Below, one piece after another: positions 1-9,778 of a stretch of 64,000 bases of DNA. The stretch is from a virus, in the IMG/VR virus record IMGVR_UViG_3300042673_002246. One strand, 5' to 3'. The translations under genes and the position numbers were made by a program. How positions within the stretch are numbered: the stretch's first letter is position 1; each line of letters starts with the position of its first letter. The notes below the pieces were generated by a model. That model did not search any database and was not told the origin of the DNA. It was given only the letters and a program-made list of their open reading frames with translations.

Positions 1-55
1 GCCCATCTTCCACCACCGTCATCTTTCTAGTAACTTTTTTAAATTGCTTTTTTAT

Positions 56-724
56 TTATACCGTGAGCTCGAGGTTAAACCAACCTCGTTCCCACATAAT
101 TCCAATTGCTGAGTAGCCGACAATATCGGTGTATGTGTCTGAGATTGATTCGTTGTTAGGCGCAGCAGACTGCAGCATTAAGTTCTTTAATCTTGCAATT
201 TTGTCATGCACGCGCACGAGGAGACCATGGCGTCCAAATCTTGAAATATTATGGTGACCGTAGTCGTGCTGCTTGCGAATCAAAGTTTCGGTTATTTGTT
301 CCCGAATCATCCAGCTGTCGAAGACTTCGGTACCGCTAGCACTCAAATTTTCCATTTTTTTGTATTTGCTGCCGGCCGCAGCATCTGGCAAAAAACTTCC
401 ATTTTTCATTCCTCCAGAAGCAGCAATCGCCCCCAGCATTTTCCACTCTTCTGCCCAATACATCTGGTCAGCTTCGAACCATTTCGAAGTATTAATCATT
501 CCCTCGAATTGGATGTCGAGGTGACCTTGGAAAAGGAGGAACGTCTCGAGCTCGGAATTCAATTTTTCATAATTTTCTGAGGAGATTAGTGTGATTCTGG
601 ATTCTCCGCGGTCGGCCATGATGGCTGCCGTTGAGTCAAAAATCGAAGAAACACAAACCTTGGCAGCATCTTGCCATCTTCTGGGTTCAAATGGTCCCTC
701 GGTATCAACAGCTGTGATTTGCAT
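56..724 (-). CDS. DUF1599 / nucleotide-modification-associated domain protein (MazG-like all-alpha)
   Basis: C-terminal RKQHDYG...GLLVRVHDKIARLKNL...ESISDTYTDIVGY pattern; SD AAGGGA upstream. Confidence 0.6.
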   Translation of the reverse strand: MQITAVDTEGPFEPRRWQDAAKVCVSSIFDSTAAIMADRGESRITLISSENYEKLNSELETFLLFQGHLDIQFEGMINTSKWFEADQMYWAEEWKMLGAIAASGGMKNGSFLPDAAAGSKYKKMENLSASGTEVFDSWMIREQITETLIRKQHDYGHHNISRFGRHGLLVRVHDKIARLKNLMLQSAAPNNESISDTYTDIVGYSAIGIMWERGWFNLELTV

Positions 725-770
725 AATTTCCCTTTTCTTTTAATTTAAAACCAGGCGTCTTCCACCACCG

Positions 771-1247
771 TCATTCAGATTCATTGGAATCCAGCAATGA
801 TTCCCATTTATCTGGTGGGTTGGCTGCCAGCTCCAGCCTAACAATTTCCACTAGCTTTTCCAATTCGTTCATCCAGGCAACATCACCGATACCAGTGAGC
901 CCCGCGTTTTCTTCCAACAAATCAACTGTTTTAATCTTCGAGCGAATGAATTCATCAGAAAATGCCGCAATGATGTTCTTGTCATTTGCTCCCGGCATGA
1001 GGACAGGACCTTCCCGTCCATCGAGTGATGACTTTGGTGCATGAATTGCGGTAATTGCATATGTGCCCTCAGTGAAGACGAAGATGACATTGTGTTGATT
1101 TTTTGTTGTTTCTTGGATTTGAGTCTGGAGCTCTTTGGCTAGCTCTGGGTCGACATTGTTTTTGGACAATACTTCGGCCAGCTCTTTCTTGCCCTTGTCC
1201 CCGTGTCCTAGTTCAATCCATTCCTTTTGATTCTTTTTCTCTTCCAT
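771..1247 (-). CDS. hypothetical protein
   Basis: ORF; start moved to ATG 1247 behind AAGGGG SD; stop TGA lies inside a TGACGGTGGTGGAA box. Confidence 0.6.
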   Translation of the reverse strand: MEEKKNQKEWIELGHGDKGKKELAEVLSKNNVDPELAKELQTQIQETTKNQHNVIFVFTEGTYAITAIHAPKSSLDGREGPVLMPGANDKNIIAAFSDEFIRSKIKTVDLLEENAGLTGIGDVAWMNELEKLVEIVRLELAANPPDKWESLLDSNESE

Positions 1248-1511
1248 GGTGATGCACCCCTTGCTTGTTTGGTGCGTCAATGACATCGCAGGTTGCCATG
1301 GCGCTTTATATACAATTGTAGATATGGAAAAATTTGCCTGATTTGCTCATGCATTTATCCACGTCGTATACGTTAGCCGCCACGTGGGATAAAAGCAAAT
1401 CTATTTAAAAATATTTCCAAGATAAAAAAATCTTTTTTCTTCCACCACCGCGGCCGGCTGCAGCTCCGCGTTAATTGTAAAAAAATCAATTTATTTACTT
1501 GTCACCCCTGG

Positions 1512-1525
1512 CGAACATATGTTCG
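1512..1525. promoter_or_regulatory. LexA (SOS/Cheo-type) box CGAACATATGTTCG
   Basis: Perfect CGAAC-N4-GTTCG palindrome just upstream of a TATCGT -10 (1528-1533) and ATG 1541. Confidence 0.7.
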
Positions 1526-1540
1526 TCTATCGTTACAAGT

Positions 1541-1915
1541 ATGGACAACAACACCAAATTCAATACCTACATCAAGGCACTTGAGCAATACATTGCACGA
1601 GAAGGAAATTCAAAAGTTCCGGCAATTCATGTTGAAAATTTTGAAGAAAAAGATGTAACTCTTGGAGCTTGGGCTGGATACATTCGCCAGAGATTTCGCA
1701 AAGGTCAATTGAGTCAGGAAAGAATTGACATAATTTCACAAATTTCCCAGTGGCAGTGGGGCCCGTTTCAACCGGGTCCAGCAACTGACTCAAAAAGAAA
1801 TGAAGTAATTCGCAACATGCGGACCGAGGGTAAGTCCCTTCGGGAAATTGCAGATGAGTTTGATTTGAGCCGGCAGCGGGTCCATCAAATTGTTAAAAAA
1901 TTAAAGATTTCTTAA
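1541..1915 (+). CDS. helicase-associated (HA) domain + sigma-70 region-4-like HTH regulator
   Basis: LEQYIAREGNSKVP...LGAWAGYIRQ...LSQERI (HA repeat); KSLREIADEFDLSRQRVHQI (HTH); probably leaderless. Confidence 0.65.
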   Translation: MDNNTKFNTYIKALEQYIAREGNSKVPAIHVENFEEKDVTLGAWAGYIRQRFRKGQLSQERIDIISQISQWQWGPFQPGPATDSKRNEVIRNMRTEGKSLREIADEFDLSRQRVHQIVKKLKIS

Positions 1916-2058
1916 ATCCAGGAAAGTCTTCCACCACCGTCAAGTTCCTAGGAGCTCAGAAGAACATGCCTTCCAAAAATACTCAAAAAATTGGAAATTC
2001 TTTTCCTCGTCCGCTGCCGAACCCAATTTCTGGCGGGGCTCCAACGGTAAATGGGGGC

Positions 2059-2259
2059 ATGAAGGCAATTCTTGCGATTCTGAATCTTGTGTTTGTGTCG
2101 GTCATGCTCGGCTCGGTTCTGTATCTTGCTCTGCGTGTCGTGAGCGTGGACGGCAGTGGAGTGAGTATCACACTCTCTCTGTGGCGTTGCGTAGTGCTGG
2201 CGTTGTTCTACACGCTGTGGCGACTTGTCGTTACTGCACTCTTGCGTGTGCGTGACTAA
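2059..2259 (+). CDS. small membrane protein
   Basis: Two hydrophobic segments; start uncertain. Confidence 0.35.
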   Translation: MKAILAILNLVFVSVMLGSVLYLALRVVSVDGSGVSITLSLWRCVVLALFYTLWRLVVTALLRVRD

Positions 2260-2421
2260 CAACTTATCTAGTAAGTAGATACGAGCGAATCGCATGCACT
2301 TATCTAGTTCATGTGTATTGACTAGATAAGTACCAGTGGTGATACTGACTAGATAAGTACCGAGTGTGATACACGCAATACAAGTAAGCAGAATCATTAT
2401 CAGCACTTATCTAGTCCTTTC

Positions 2422-2643
2422 TCAAACAATTTCTAAGTCAAGTTCAGCGAGTGAACTCAACTGCGAAATGAAGTCAATACCTTCGTTCCACAGTAGATTC
2501 TCGTAGTCCTCACTTGCTTTCTTTGGTGTGTACGAGCCTGTCGTAATTTCGTCCAGTATTCCAGTCAAATAATGAATCGCATGTTTCAGGCTGTCTTGCA
2601 GTTCGCTCAATGCTTCCTGCACTGCTTCATCGGGTGTGTCCAC
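2422..2643 (-). CDS. hypothetical protein
   Basis: GTG start embedded in GAAAGG-ACTAGATAA-GTG. Confidence 0.6.
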   Translation of the reverse strand: MDTPDEAVQEALSELQDSLKHAIHYLTGILDEITTGSYTPKKASEDYENLLWNEGIDFISQLSSLAELDLEIV

Positions 2644-2853
2644 TTATCTAGTCCTTTCACTTATCTAGTAGGTATTGGGAGTGCCTAGCCCTCTCGTAGA
2701 GCGTTAGAAACGGAAAGTGTATCGCTTGGTATTCAGAGCGACACACGCTCGCCGAGAGAGCGTAGGCAAGTCGTACACGGTTCTCCCCAACTGTGTACGC
2801 CAAGAGTGGGGGCTGGCTCTCACCAACCCCCACCCGAGGACTTATCTAGTCAC

Positions 2854-4395
2854 TCAAGCGAGTGGGATTTTGCCCATGTGTCTGCGCCACACATCACGGA
2901 ACATCGCTGGATAGACACTCCGTGCCGTTCCACCGTTGCTCAATGACTTGAGTTGCTTTATCGCTTCCTCAACATGAGGAACAACGATGTAGTTGTTCTT
3001 GCGAGCGTAGGTGAGACACTGCATGGCGAGTGAATCGTGGAAATTGTCGTTCACGCCACACACTCCACCGTCTGTTACCCAAACAAGAGGAGTGCGAGAA
3101 TCTTTGCGATTCTTTACGCCCCACTGAATTGCTGGATAGTCCACGCCGTTGCCGTGTCCGTAGTCAATTCCTTCCACTGTCTCAACCATGCGTCCTTTGT
3201 CGCCAACGACCCATGCGTTATGACCACGACTACCTCTGTCGGAGTAGAGCAACACAGTAGCCCCAGGGGCATGCTCAATAATTTCGGCAATTTGTTCTGT
3301 CGTGAACGACATAGAACCACTTGCGTCAATAACGACCATGCCACCACTGCCACGCACCTTTCGGTCAAACACTCGCATAGCAGGGTCGGTCATCATGCGT
3401 TGCATACGGCGAGGTCTGCGACCTGCGTTCGTTGCAATACGCTTCTTACCGATACCACCTTTGCTGTAGCGAGGCATTGGCATACGCTCAAGACGAAGTT
3501 CGCCCCATTTCGGAGTGCCAGTGGTGATAGCAGACGGAGTTATGTCCTTGAGTGGATTTCCGTCCTTGTCGCCTTCACCTTCCTTGCCTTCACCTTCGTT
3601 GCTGTGGGCTTTGGACTTATCTAGTGAGTTACCTTCGCCCTCGCCACCAGCCTTGCTCTTGCTCGGCTTTGGTTGCTTCCGTTCCTTTGGTGGTGGGAAC
3701 GAAGCGAGCCTGTCCACCCACTCGGCGAGTTGTTCCGTGTAGGTGAATCCGAACGGCGCAAGTCCGTTGTGAACTGTCGTGTTAGCCAAGTGACCAGTGC
3801 GATGAGCCTTCTTCATCTCACGCACGGCTCGCTTGCCAATGTCTAGCAGTTGGTCGCCCCATGCACGATTCACTCTGCGAACGCCGTTGAGAAATTGCTT
3901 GTGTCCAGCACTTCCAGCAGTTCCAACGCACATAGCAACTGCCATTGCCCAGTCGTTAGTTTCTGCGCAACGCTGTCCACTTGCGAGTTCGCTTCCGTCA
4001 GCAAGGTGTTTCTTTACATCTATCCCTGCCTGTTGGCAGAGAAAGTTCACACGAAGTTCCTCAACGACAGTGAGTGCTGTAGCCGAAGCCATTTCACGCT
4101 TGACCCACTCTGCCATTTGTGCCGAATCAGGCGACACCTTTGCGTGCATGAGTTCGTGCGCACGAATCGCCCGAGCCTTGTCGTCATTGTCCGTTGGTGC
4201 GAACATGATTTTGTTAGTCACATCGGTCATTGGCTCGCCACGCACGGCTTGGCAGTGTTCTACTGTCCAAACTCCGTGTGCTTGGTCACGCCGACCGAGA
4301 AGGGTTGCCTCGGCTTTGGCGTTACCCCGAGTGGACTTATCTAGTCCACTCGGGAACGCCTTGCCAGCAACATGCTTGCCAGCAGGTTGAGACAT
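2854..4395 (-). CDS. VWA-domain protein with N-terminal HExxH metallopeptidase-like region (MoxR partner)
   Basis: AHELMH...EELRVN; MIDAS motif VIDASGSM and WVTDGG; translationally coupled to AAA+ gene. Confidence 0.8.
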   Translation of the reverse strand: MSQPAGKHVAGKAFPSGLDKSTRGNAKAEATLLGRRDQAHGVWTVEHCQAVRGEPMTDVTNKIMFAPTDNDDKARAIRAHELMHAKVSPDSAQMAEWVKREMASATALTVVEELRVNFLCQQAGIDVKKHLADGSELASGQRCAETNDWAMAVAMCVGTAGSAGHKQFLNGVRRVNRAWGDQLLDIGKRAVREMKKAHRTGHLANTTVHNGLAPFGFTYTEQLAEWVDRLASFPPPKERKQPKPSKSKAGGEGEGNSLDKSKAHSNEGEGKEGEGDKDGNPLKDITPSAITTGTPKWGELRLERMPMPRYSKGGIGKKRIATNAGRRPRRMQRMMTDPAMRVFDRKVRGSGGMVVIDASGSMSFTTEQIAEIIEHAPGATVLLYSDRGSRGHNAWVVGDKGRMVETVEGIDYGHGNGVDYPAIQWGVKNRKDSRTPLVWVTDGGVCGVNDNFHDSLAMQCLTYARKNNYIVVPHVEEAIKQLKSLSNGGTARSVYPAMFRDVWRRHMGKIPLA

Positions 4396-5123
4396 TATTT
4401 CACCCCGTCAATGGCGAGTGCGTCAAGAATCTGACGGGAACGGTCGCCGAAAGTGAGTGAGCATGCTCGTTCCATGCCAACGCTCGCACGGAGTTTGTCC
4501 AATGCGATGAACGCACGAAGTGAGATACGGTCGTCACCAGCGTCAGCCATGCGAACGGCGTACTTGCGCAAGTCAGGAGACAAGCGAAGCAGTGCGCTCG
4601 GGTGTGGCTCGTTGATACGAATACGAATCGGGAAACGGTCAGCGAGTGCTGTTGGCAACTCACCCATGTTCTCAATGTTCGTGGTCATAATTGCCGAGAA
4701 TCCACCGAGAGGACGAATCACTTCGCCAGTTTCAGGATGCTCAAACGAAGCAGATTCAGGTGAATCCAACATCGCCAAGAGTGTTGCGAACACATCGCCC
4801 GAAGCCTTATCTACTTCGTCCACGATGAGTCGTCCACCCTCTGTTCCGTTGCCCTTCCATGCCTTGAGAGCCGAACCGTCCAGCCACATGAAGCCACCTT
4901 TGCCGTTCGGCATGAAGCCACCTGTAACATCCATGTTCGTCATGTCCTCGGTGCAGACCAGTCGGAACGCACCAGCGTCCACTTTGCCGAGCGTCATGCC
5001 AGCGTAGGTCTTTCCGATACCTGATGGACCGTAGAGGATTACTCGGTCTATCCCTGCGTTGAGGCAGTCCTCAAGTGCTTTCCAGCACTCGGGGAGAGCC
5101 GTTGTTTCTGTCTGTGCAACCAT
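4395..5123 (-). CDS. MoxR/CbbQ-like AAA+ ATPase
   Basis: Walker A GPSGIGKT, Walker B LIVDEVD, sensor TTN, ALADRF arginine finger. Confidence 0.85.
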   Translation of the reverse strand: MVAQTETTALPECWKALEDCLNAGIDRVILYGPSGIGKTYAGMTLGKVDAGAFRLVCTEDMTNMDVTGGFMPNGKGGFMWLDGSALKAWKGNGTEGGRLIVDEVDKASGDVFATLLAMLDSPESASFEHPETGEVIRPLGGFSAIMTTNIENMGELPTALADRFPIRIRINEPHPSALLRLSPDLRKYAVRMADAGDDRISLRAFIALDKLRASVGMERACSLTFGDRSRQILDALAIDGVK

Positions 5124-5167
5124 TGGTATTTCTCCGTTTCTAGTAGTTGGGTTGGTTGTCGTGTACC

Positions 5168-5196
5168 ACTGTAGCGACCCGACAGCAGATTTATCT
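5168..5196 (-). promoter_or_regulatory. phage promoter AGATAAATCTGC-N11-TACAGT
   Basis: Member of 20-copy fixed-spacing class; upstream of AAA+ gene. Confidence 0.7.
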
Positions 5197-5311
5197 CGCC
5201 ACTTATCTAGTTAGTTCATACCACTTATCTAGTCAGTCCACTTATCTAGTTAGTTTCACTCGGACACTTATCTAGTTGGTTCCAGCCACTCGGTAATCGT
5301 TCGGCAACTTG

Positions 5312-5381
5312 CACCCGACCACCCCGAGCCTCGCCAACTTACACCCGACCACCCCGAGCCTCGCTTCCTTTGGAAGCCCCG
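5312..5381. repeat. boundary element: 2x CACCCGACCACCCCGAGCCTCGC then AGCCCCG
   Basis: 23-bp direct repeat at 5312 and 5342; AGCCCCG at 5375. Confidence 0.8.
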
Positions 5382-5430
5382 CGGACTTATCTAGTTAGAT
5401 ACAGAATTATTAGATTTTTGACTTATCTAG

Positions 5431-5910
5431 TTAGTCAGGTCGCTTGGCGATAGAGATTCGGTACAAGCCACGCTTGACCTTGATGAACTCTGGAGTTTCG
5501 TTCACGAACCCGAGTGTCGTCTGATACGAGAATCCACACTGCTCAACCAGTTGCTCGGTGGTGAACTCTTTACCGTCTTGGGTCTTTGCCCACTCCATAA
5601 ACGCACCCCATTTGTCCTTGCGTTTTTCAGGCTTCTGCATTGCTTCCCTCTGGACTTCCTTGCCACAGTATGTCTGAATAATGTGGTCGGCGATGTGGGG
5701 AAGCACGGAGTAAGAGTTCAGGTAAGAAAGCACATTTTTGCTTCCACCTTCCCTTTGCCATAATTGCAGTACATGTAGCCCACGAATCAGTTCGCTGGCA
5801 TTGGACGCTTGTTCTTTGGGAATCCGATACATCGTTCCGAATTCTTTTTCCATTTCCTTCCACATCTCTTTGTGGATTCCGTCAATGAATTCATCAGTCA
5901 GTTTTTTCAT
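5431..5910 (-). CDS. hypothetical protein with C-terminal winged-helix-like segment
   Basis: EFTTEQLVEQCGFSYQT...FIKVKRGLYRI; class promoter at 5956-5984. Confidence 0.6.
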   Translation of the reverse strand: MKKLTDEFIDGIHKEMWKEMEKEFGTMYRIPKEQASNASELIRGLHVLQLWQREGGSKNVLSYLNSYSVLPHIADHIIQTYCGKEVQREAMQKPEKRKDKWGAFMEWAKTQDGKEFTTEQLVEQCGFSYQTTLGFVNETPEFIKVKRGLYRISIAKRPD

Positions 5911-6274
5911 GGCTACCTTTCTAGCGGAACTTTATCCCGACTTGCCCGTCACTCCAGATTATCTTTTGGTAGGCAGACTTATCTGGTACGGCAACGCAAG
6001 AAAGTTATTTTTTTGACCACCTGACATCGAGGGCACTTCCTTTCCACCACCGTCAATTAGATTCACCACCCCCCGGGAATTAAATTTGTCAAATTTTTCA
6101 TTTTTTTGCACGTTCTGGCGGCCGGCTGCGGCGGCTCTGGATTTCTGGATTTTTTGGCAGCGAAACGCGGGGCTTACATGGTGAATCGGGTGCATAAAGA
6201 AAGAGGGTGGGTTTGACCCCACCCCCTGACTTATCTAGTTAGTTATCGGACTTATCTAGTAACTAGATAAGTGG

Positions 6275-6673
6275 CTACTGGTTCTTGAGAAAATCCTCAA
6301 TGTCGGGAATCGTCTCTTTGGCTATTTCCCGTGCTTCCGAATAAGCCATAGCGTCCATAATCAAGTCGTCCAGCATGTCTGCCAATGCACGGTCGTCCTC
6401 TGTGAGCAATGGTCCATCAGGACTTGGCACAAGAAACTTTAGCGCCTCATCCTTCTCCTTGTCGGGGAGTTGTGCAATTTCTTGCACCTGCGAGAAACTG
6501 AATCCCATTCGGTGACCATGATTCTGATAAACAAACAGTGCCTCGGTCAATGTCTGCAATGCGTCAAATCCGAATCTGATAAACGGATTCTCGGTGGGAA
6601 ACTCGGTGTTATCAGAGAACACTTTTTTCATTATTTCTTGCATTTCTTCATCATGGTTTTGTTGTTCGCTCAT
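6275..6673 (-). CDS. hypothetical protein
   Basis: ORF with GAGG SD. Confidence 0.65.
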   Translation of the reverse strand: MSEQQNHDEEMQEIMKKVFSDNTEFPTENPFIRFGFDALQTLTEALFVYQNHGHRMGFSFSQVQEIAQLPDKEKDEALKFLVPSPDGPLLTEDDRALADMLDDLIMDAMAYSEAREIAKETIPDIEDFLKNQ

Positions 6674-6822
6674 TTCACTTCCTCTTTCTGTTTGTCGTTG
6701 GTTATTAGCGAACGCAGGTCAAGCAACATGTCGGTCATTTCCGATGAAGCAACTAAGTCTCTGCCCGAGCAGTGACGAATCATTGTGTCCACCAGTTCGG
6801 TTGCTGTAAGTGTTTGGGTCAC
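6670..6822 (-). CDS. small hypothetical protein (50 aa, below ORF-track cutoff)
   Basis: GTG start inside ACTAGATAAGTG; MTQTLTATELVDTMIRHCSGRDLVASSEMTDMLLDLRSLITNDKQKEEVK; ATGA overlap with next gene. Confidence 0.65.
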   Translation of the reverse strand: MTQTLTATELVDTMIRHCSGRDLVASSEMTDMLLDLRSLITNDKQKEEVK

Positions 6823-6826
6823 TTAT

Positions 6827-7531
6827 CTAGTTCCCTTCTTTGTCGTTGTCGGCTTCGGTGAGCAAGGTGTGAAACGCCTTTGCCTTTATTGCCATTTTCA
6901 GGTATGAAATCGTCTGAAGCATGGCATTGGTGAAACGAGCCTCAGCCATTTCGCTGTTCTCATCTGTCAGGTGAACAATGTCAGTGTCCACATCATCAAA
7001 CATCGGTACACCTTGGTCGTCATAGGTGTAGGTGCTTGCGCTCATGTAAATCTTGTCCTGTTCCCAGTCCACGCCACTTACTACAAGACCCTCACGAACA
7101 TCGGTGAAAGGGTTGTTTTGGAACTCATCTTTCAGCGATTCTCTTTCACTGTCACGGTCGGCTGGAGTCGTCAGGTCTGTGAAGCGACGCATGTAACCCT
7201 CAACAGCAACAAAGATGAAGTTCACTGGTGCTGTAGGCAAGTGACCAACAGCGTCAATGTAAGCGTCGTATGGGTCGCCTTTGTGAATCAGTGGAAGCAT
7301 GGCAACATCGTATTGGCGTTCCAAGCCCAACTGCTTTGTGTATTGACTTGCTGATTCAGCCAATTCATCATCTGTATCATCAGACTGGTGAATACGACCA
7401 ATGATGAGCATTGGTGGGGTGTCGCTCATCGCAACCTCTTTGCACATTTCTTTTTTTGCATACTTGTTTCGGCGCATTACATCGCCGAGAATCTTTAGTA
7501 TGTCGTTTGAGATTACTTGCTGTTCGCTCAT
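6827..7531 (-). CDS. hypothetical protein
   Basis: AAGGAG SD; class promoter at 7562-7590. Confidence 0.7.
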   Translation of the reverse strand: MSEQQVISNDILKILGDVMRRNKYAKKEMCKEVAMSDTPPMLIIGRIHQSDDTDDELAESASQYTKQLGLERQYDVAMLPLIHKGDPYDAYIDAVGHLPTAPVNFIFVAVEGYMRRFTDLTTPADRDSERESLKDEFQNNPFTDVREGLVVSGVDWEQDKIYMSASTYTYDDQGVPMFDDVDTDIVHLTDENSEMAEARFTNAMLQTISYLKMAIKAKAFHTLLTEADNDKEGN

Positions 7532-7561
7532 GGCGTTTCTCCTTTGGTGGTAAGTACCAAC

Positions 7562-7590
7562 ACTGTATCTATTAGTAAGCAGACTTATCT
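7562..7590 (-). promoter_or_regulatory. phage promoter AGATAAGTCTGC-N11-TACAGT
   Basis: Fixed-spacing class member. Confidence 0.7.
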
Positions 7591-7638
7591 AGTGAGTATG
7601 GGTGGGGTGTCCACTCCCCACCCATTTCACATCAGGCA

Positions 7639-7863
7639 TTATTTTGCAATAATGTCTTGGGCGTTCACTTTCATCGCTTCGCACAACAATAGAAATGTCG
7701 TCATGCTTGGCGAGAAATGTCCGTTCTCAATGCGATTCACCGTTTTACGGTCAATGCCAGCCTTATTCGCCAGCGTTTCTTGTGACCACTCACGCTCAAG
7801 TCTTTCGTTCTTGAGTCGCTCTGCGATTCGCATTGTCTTTTTCTCAATGGCTGTAAGTGCCAT
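7639..7863 (-). CDS. XRE/Cro-C1 family HTH transcriptional regulator
   Basis: LKNERLEREWSQETLANKAGIDRKTVNRIENGHFSPS. Confidence 0.85.
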   Translation of the reverse strand: MALTAIEKKTMRIAERLKNERLEREWSQETLANKAGIDRKTVNRIENGHFSPSMTTFLLLCEAMKVNAQDIIAK

Positions 7864-7897
7864 GTCTTTCTCCTTTGTTTCTTGGTTGATTTTGGGT

Positions 7898-8665
7898 TTA
7901 GGACTTATCTAGTAAGTAATCGTCATACTGACTGAACGATAGTTTCTCCTTTCGCCTCTGATTAGAACGAATCCACGACACGATGAGTTGCATCGCCTTG
8001 TCGCACGAATCAACCATTTCATCGTCACGGTTTGCTCGCCACTCACTCTGTGCTTCCCAGTATTCGTCCATTTGTTCATCGGTATCTTGGGGCATGCCCT
8101 CTATCTCCGAATCCATTTCGGTTACACCTTCGCCCTCAACAATGAGTTCGCCATTGTGGATTACAACCCAACCAGCAAAGAACTCGGCTTCTTCCGTGAA
8201 CACGACACCGAATACAAGTTTCGGGAACTGCTTTGAGATACGAGCGATAAGACCGTTACACGGCGACCATGCTGACTGGTAATACATTGAGACAGAACCC
8301 TTGTTGTAGTCGTCATCAGATACGCCAACATCACCTGCGCCCCACTTGCTTCCCCATACGGCGTTGGCATAGTCGTACCAGTCCTTGTAGCCGTACTTAT
8401 CTAGGTTGTCTTGCATTTGCTTTTTGTGTTCAGCCTGTTTGTCCTCGGGAACTGAACCCGAAACCGTGTTCATCAACGCCTCGGGAATCGGGTCAAGGTG
8501 GTTGAGTGAATCAACTTCTACTTCTTTTTCACCAGTGGCTACCCATTTGCCGTCTTGGATTTCTCCAGTCTTTTGCAATTCCTTTATCTTGAGTGATTTC
8601 AGGAATCGCTTGAGTTCAGGTTTCGGACCTGACACCTTCATTGTGTTACTGCACCAGTTTGGCAT
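7898..8665 (-). CDS. DUF1281 / YubB ferredoxin-like family protein
   Basis: MPNWCSN start; DWYD...WGSKWGA...SAWSP motifs; class promoter at 8698-8726. Confidence 0.7.
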   Translation of the reverse strand: MPNWCSNTMKVSGPKPELKRFLKSLKIKELQKTGEIQDGKWVATGEKEVEVDSLNHLDPIPEALMNTVSGSVPEDKQAEHKKQMQDNLDKYGYKDWYDYANAVWGSKWGAGDVGVSDDDYNKGSVSMYYQSAWSPCNGLIARISKQFPKLVFGVVFTEEAEFFAGWVVIHNGELIVEGEGVTEMDSEIEGMPQDTDEQMDEYWEAQSEWRANRDDEMVDSCDKAMQLIVSWIRSNQRRKEKLSFSQYDDYLLDKS

Positions 8666-8943
8666 GCTCGCCCTTTCGTCTAGTAGTGGTACGACCCACT
8701 CTAGCCCCACACCAGCAGATTTATCAACCTGACTTATCTAGTCAGCATGTTCTTCCACCACCGTCAATGTCTTGATGTGTTCTCAACCCGACCCGACTTT
8801 CACCCGACCCACCCGTGAGCCGACCCAACTTCTTGCCGACCACCCCGAACCAGCCCCACCCCATCACTTACCGTGTAAGCCCCGCGTCCCACTGTTTAGC
8901 CGGGGCTCAAAGGGTCGAGCTGGTTTAATTTGGTTGGACTTAT

Positions 8944-9273
8944 CTAGTCAGTAATGATTTCGTCTGCGTAAACGAGTTGTGTTTCGCTGACACGCCAGCC
9001 GTTCTGATGGTCCGTCCATGCGTACTTGATAAGTGCCGTCCACTTATCTAGGTAGTCATAAATCTCATCATCGGGAATCCCATAGTCGTCAAAATACGAA
9101 GTGTCGTTCGGGTCTGGCGAGAAAGAGAAATAGACAAATGAGCGACCCTCTGGAAACTCCACTCTGCACTTGCTGCCGATGAGAATCAGACCACGAGCCT
9201 TTATTGCGAGCATGGTCAGAAAGAGCCGAATCGTAACCCATAGGGGAACGAAGAACTTATCTAGTAGGTTCAT
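8944..9273 (-). CDS. hypothetical protein
   Basis: ORF in coupled operon. Confidence 0.55.
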   Translation of the reverse strand: MNLLDKFFVPLWVTIRLFLTMLAIKARGLILIGSKCRVEFPEGRSFVYFSFSPDPNDTSYFDDYGIPDDEIYDYLDKWTALIKYAWTDHQNGWRVSETQLVYADEIITD

Positions 9274-9499
9274 ACGCCATCTCGTTTACGTCTTTGCCGA
9301 GAAGTTGGTCTGTAGTCAGCCGAATTATTGAGCGCACAATGTCGTCACTTGTTATGCCCCACGAATCAAGAGCCCACGCCAATAAAGTTCCATTTGCTAA
9401 ATCACCACAAATTGCTTCTATTGCTTGAGCCCGTGTCGTGGCAAGGAAGTAGTAGTTCTCCCACAAAATCTTGTCTAAATCTTCAGGCGTCAGAACCAT
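9257..9499 (-). CDS. hypothetical protein
   Basis: AAGGAG SD, overlaps neighbours. Confidence 0.6.
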   Translation of the reverse strand: MVLTPEDLDKILWENYYFLATTRAQAIEAICGDLANGTLLAWALDSWGITSDDIVRSIIRLTTDQLLGKDVNEMAYEPTR

Positions 9500-9765
9500 T
9501 TCTCTCCTTTCACGGAAACAGTAGTCCGTACCACCCCAGTTTCGGTAGCAGAAACCACGACTGGAGTCAGCACCTTGTATGCGTTTATCCAGTACTTAGA
9601 CCGTTCAGCAGACCTGACCCATTTCGCCCTTTCTTCATCGGTCATGTATTCCCACTCATCGGGCATTTCATTGGTGGGGATACTCCACTCCTCAATTATT
9701 TCTTCTTCTTCGTGTTTCACAATTTGTGCGCTCGCACGGACTGTGATGTGAACATGGGCAGTCAC
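9490..9765 (-). CDS. hypothetical protein
   Basis: GTG start in GAAAGG-ACTAGATAA-GTG. Confidence 0.6.
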   Translation of the reverse strand: MTAHVHITVRASAQIVKHEEEEIIEEWSIPTNEMPDEWEYMTDEERAKWVRSAERSKYWINAYKVLTPVVVSATETGVVRTTVSVKGEKWF

Positions 9766-9778
9766 TTATCTAGTCCTT

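Noticed and set aside
1948-2406. 152-aa minus-strand ORF
   Set aside because: Runs through five motif copies and overlaps an opposite-strand ORF; has an SD-GTG but looks non-coding
5201-5276. Stacked ACTTATCTAGT copies as a CRISPR array
   Set aside because: Repeat only 11 bp, spacers 6-15 bp and irregular, mixed orientation elsewhere, no cas genes
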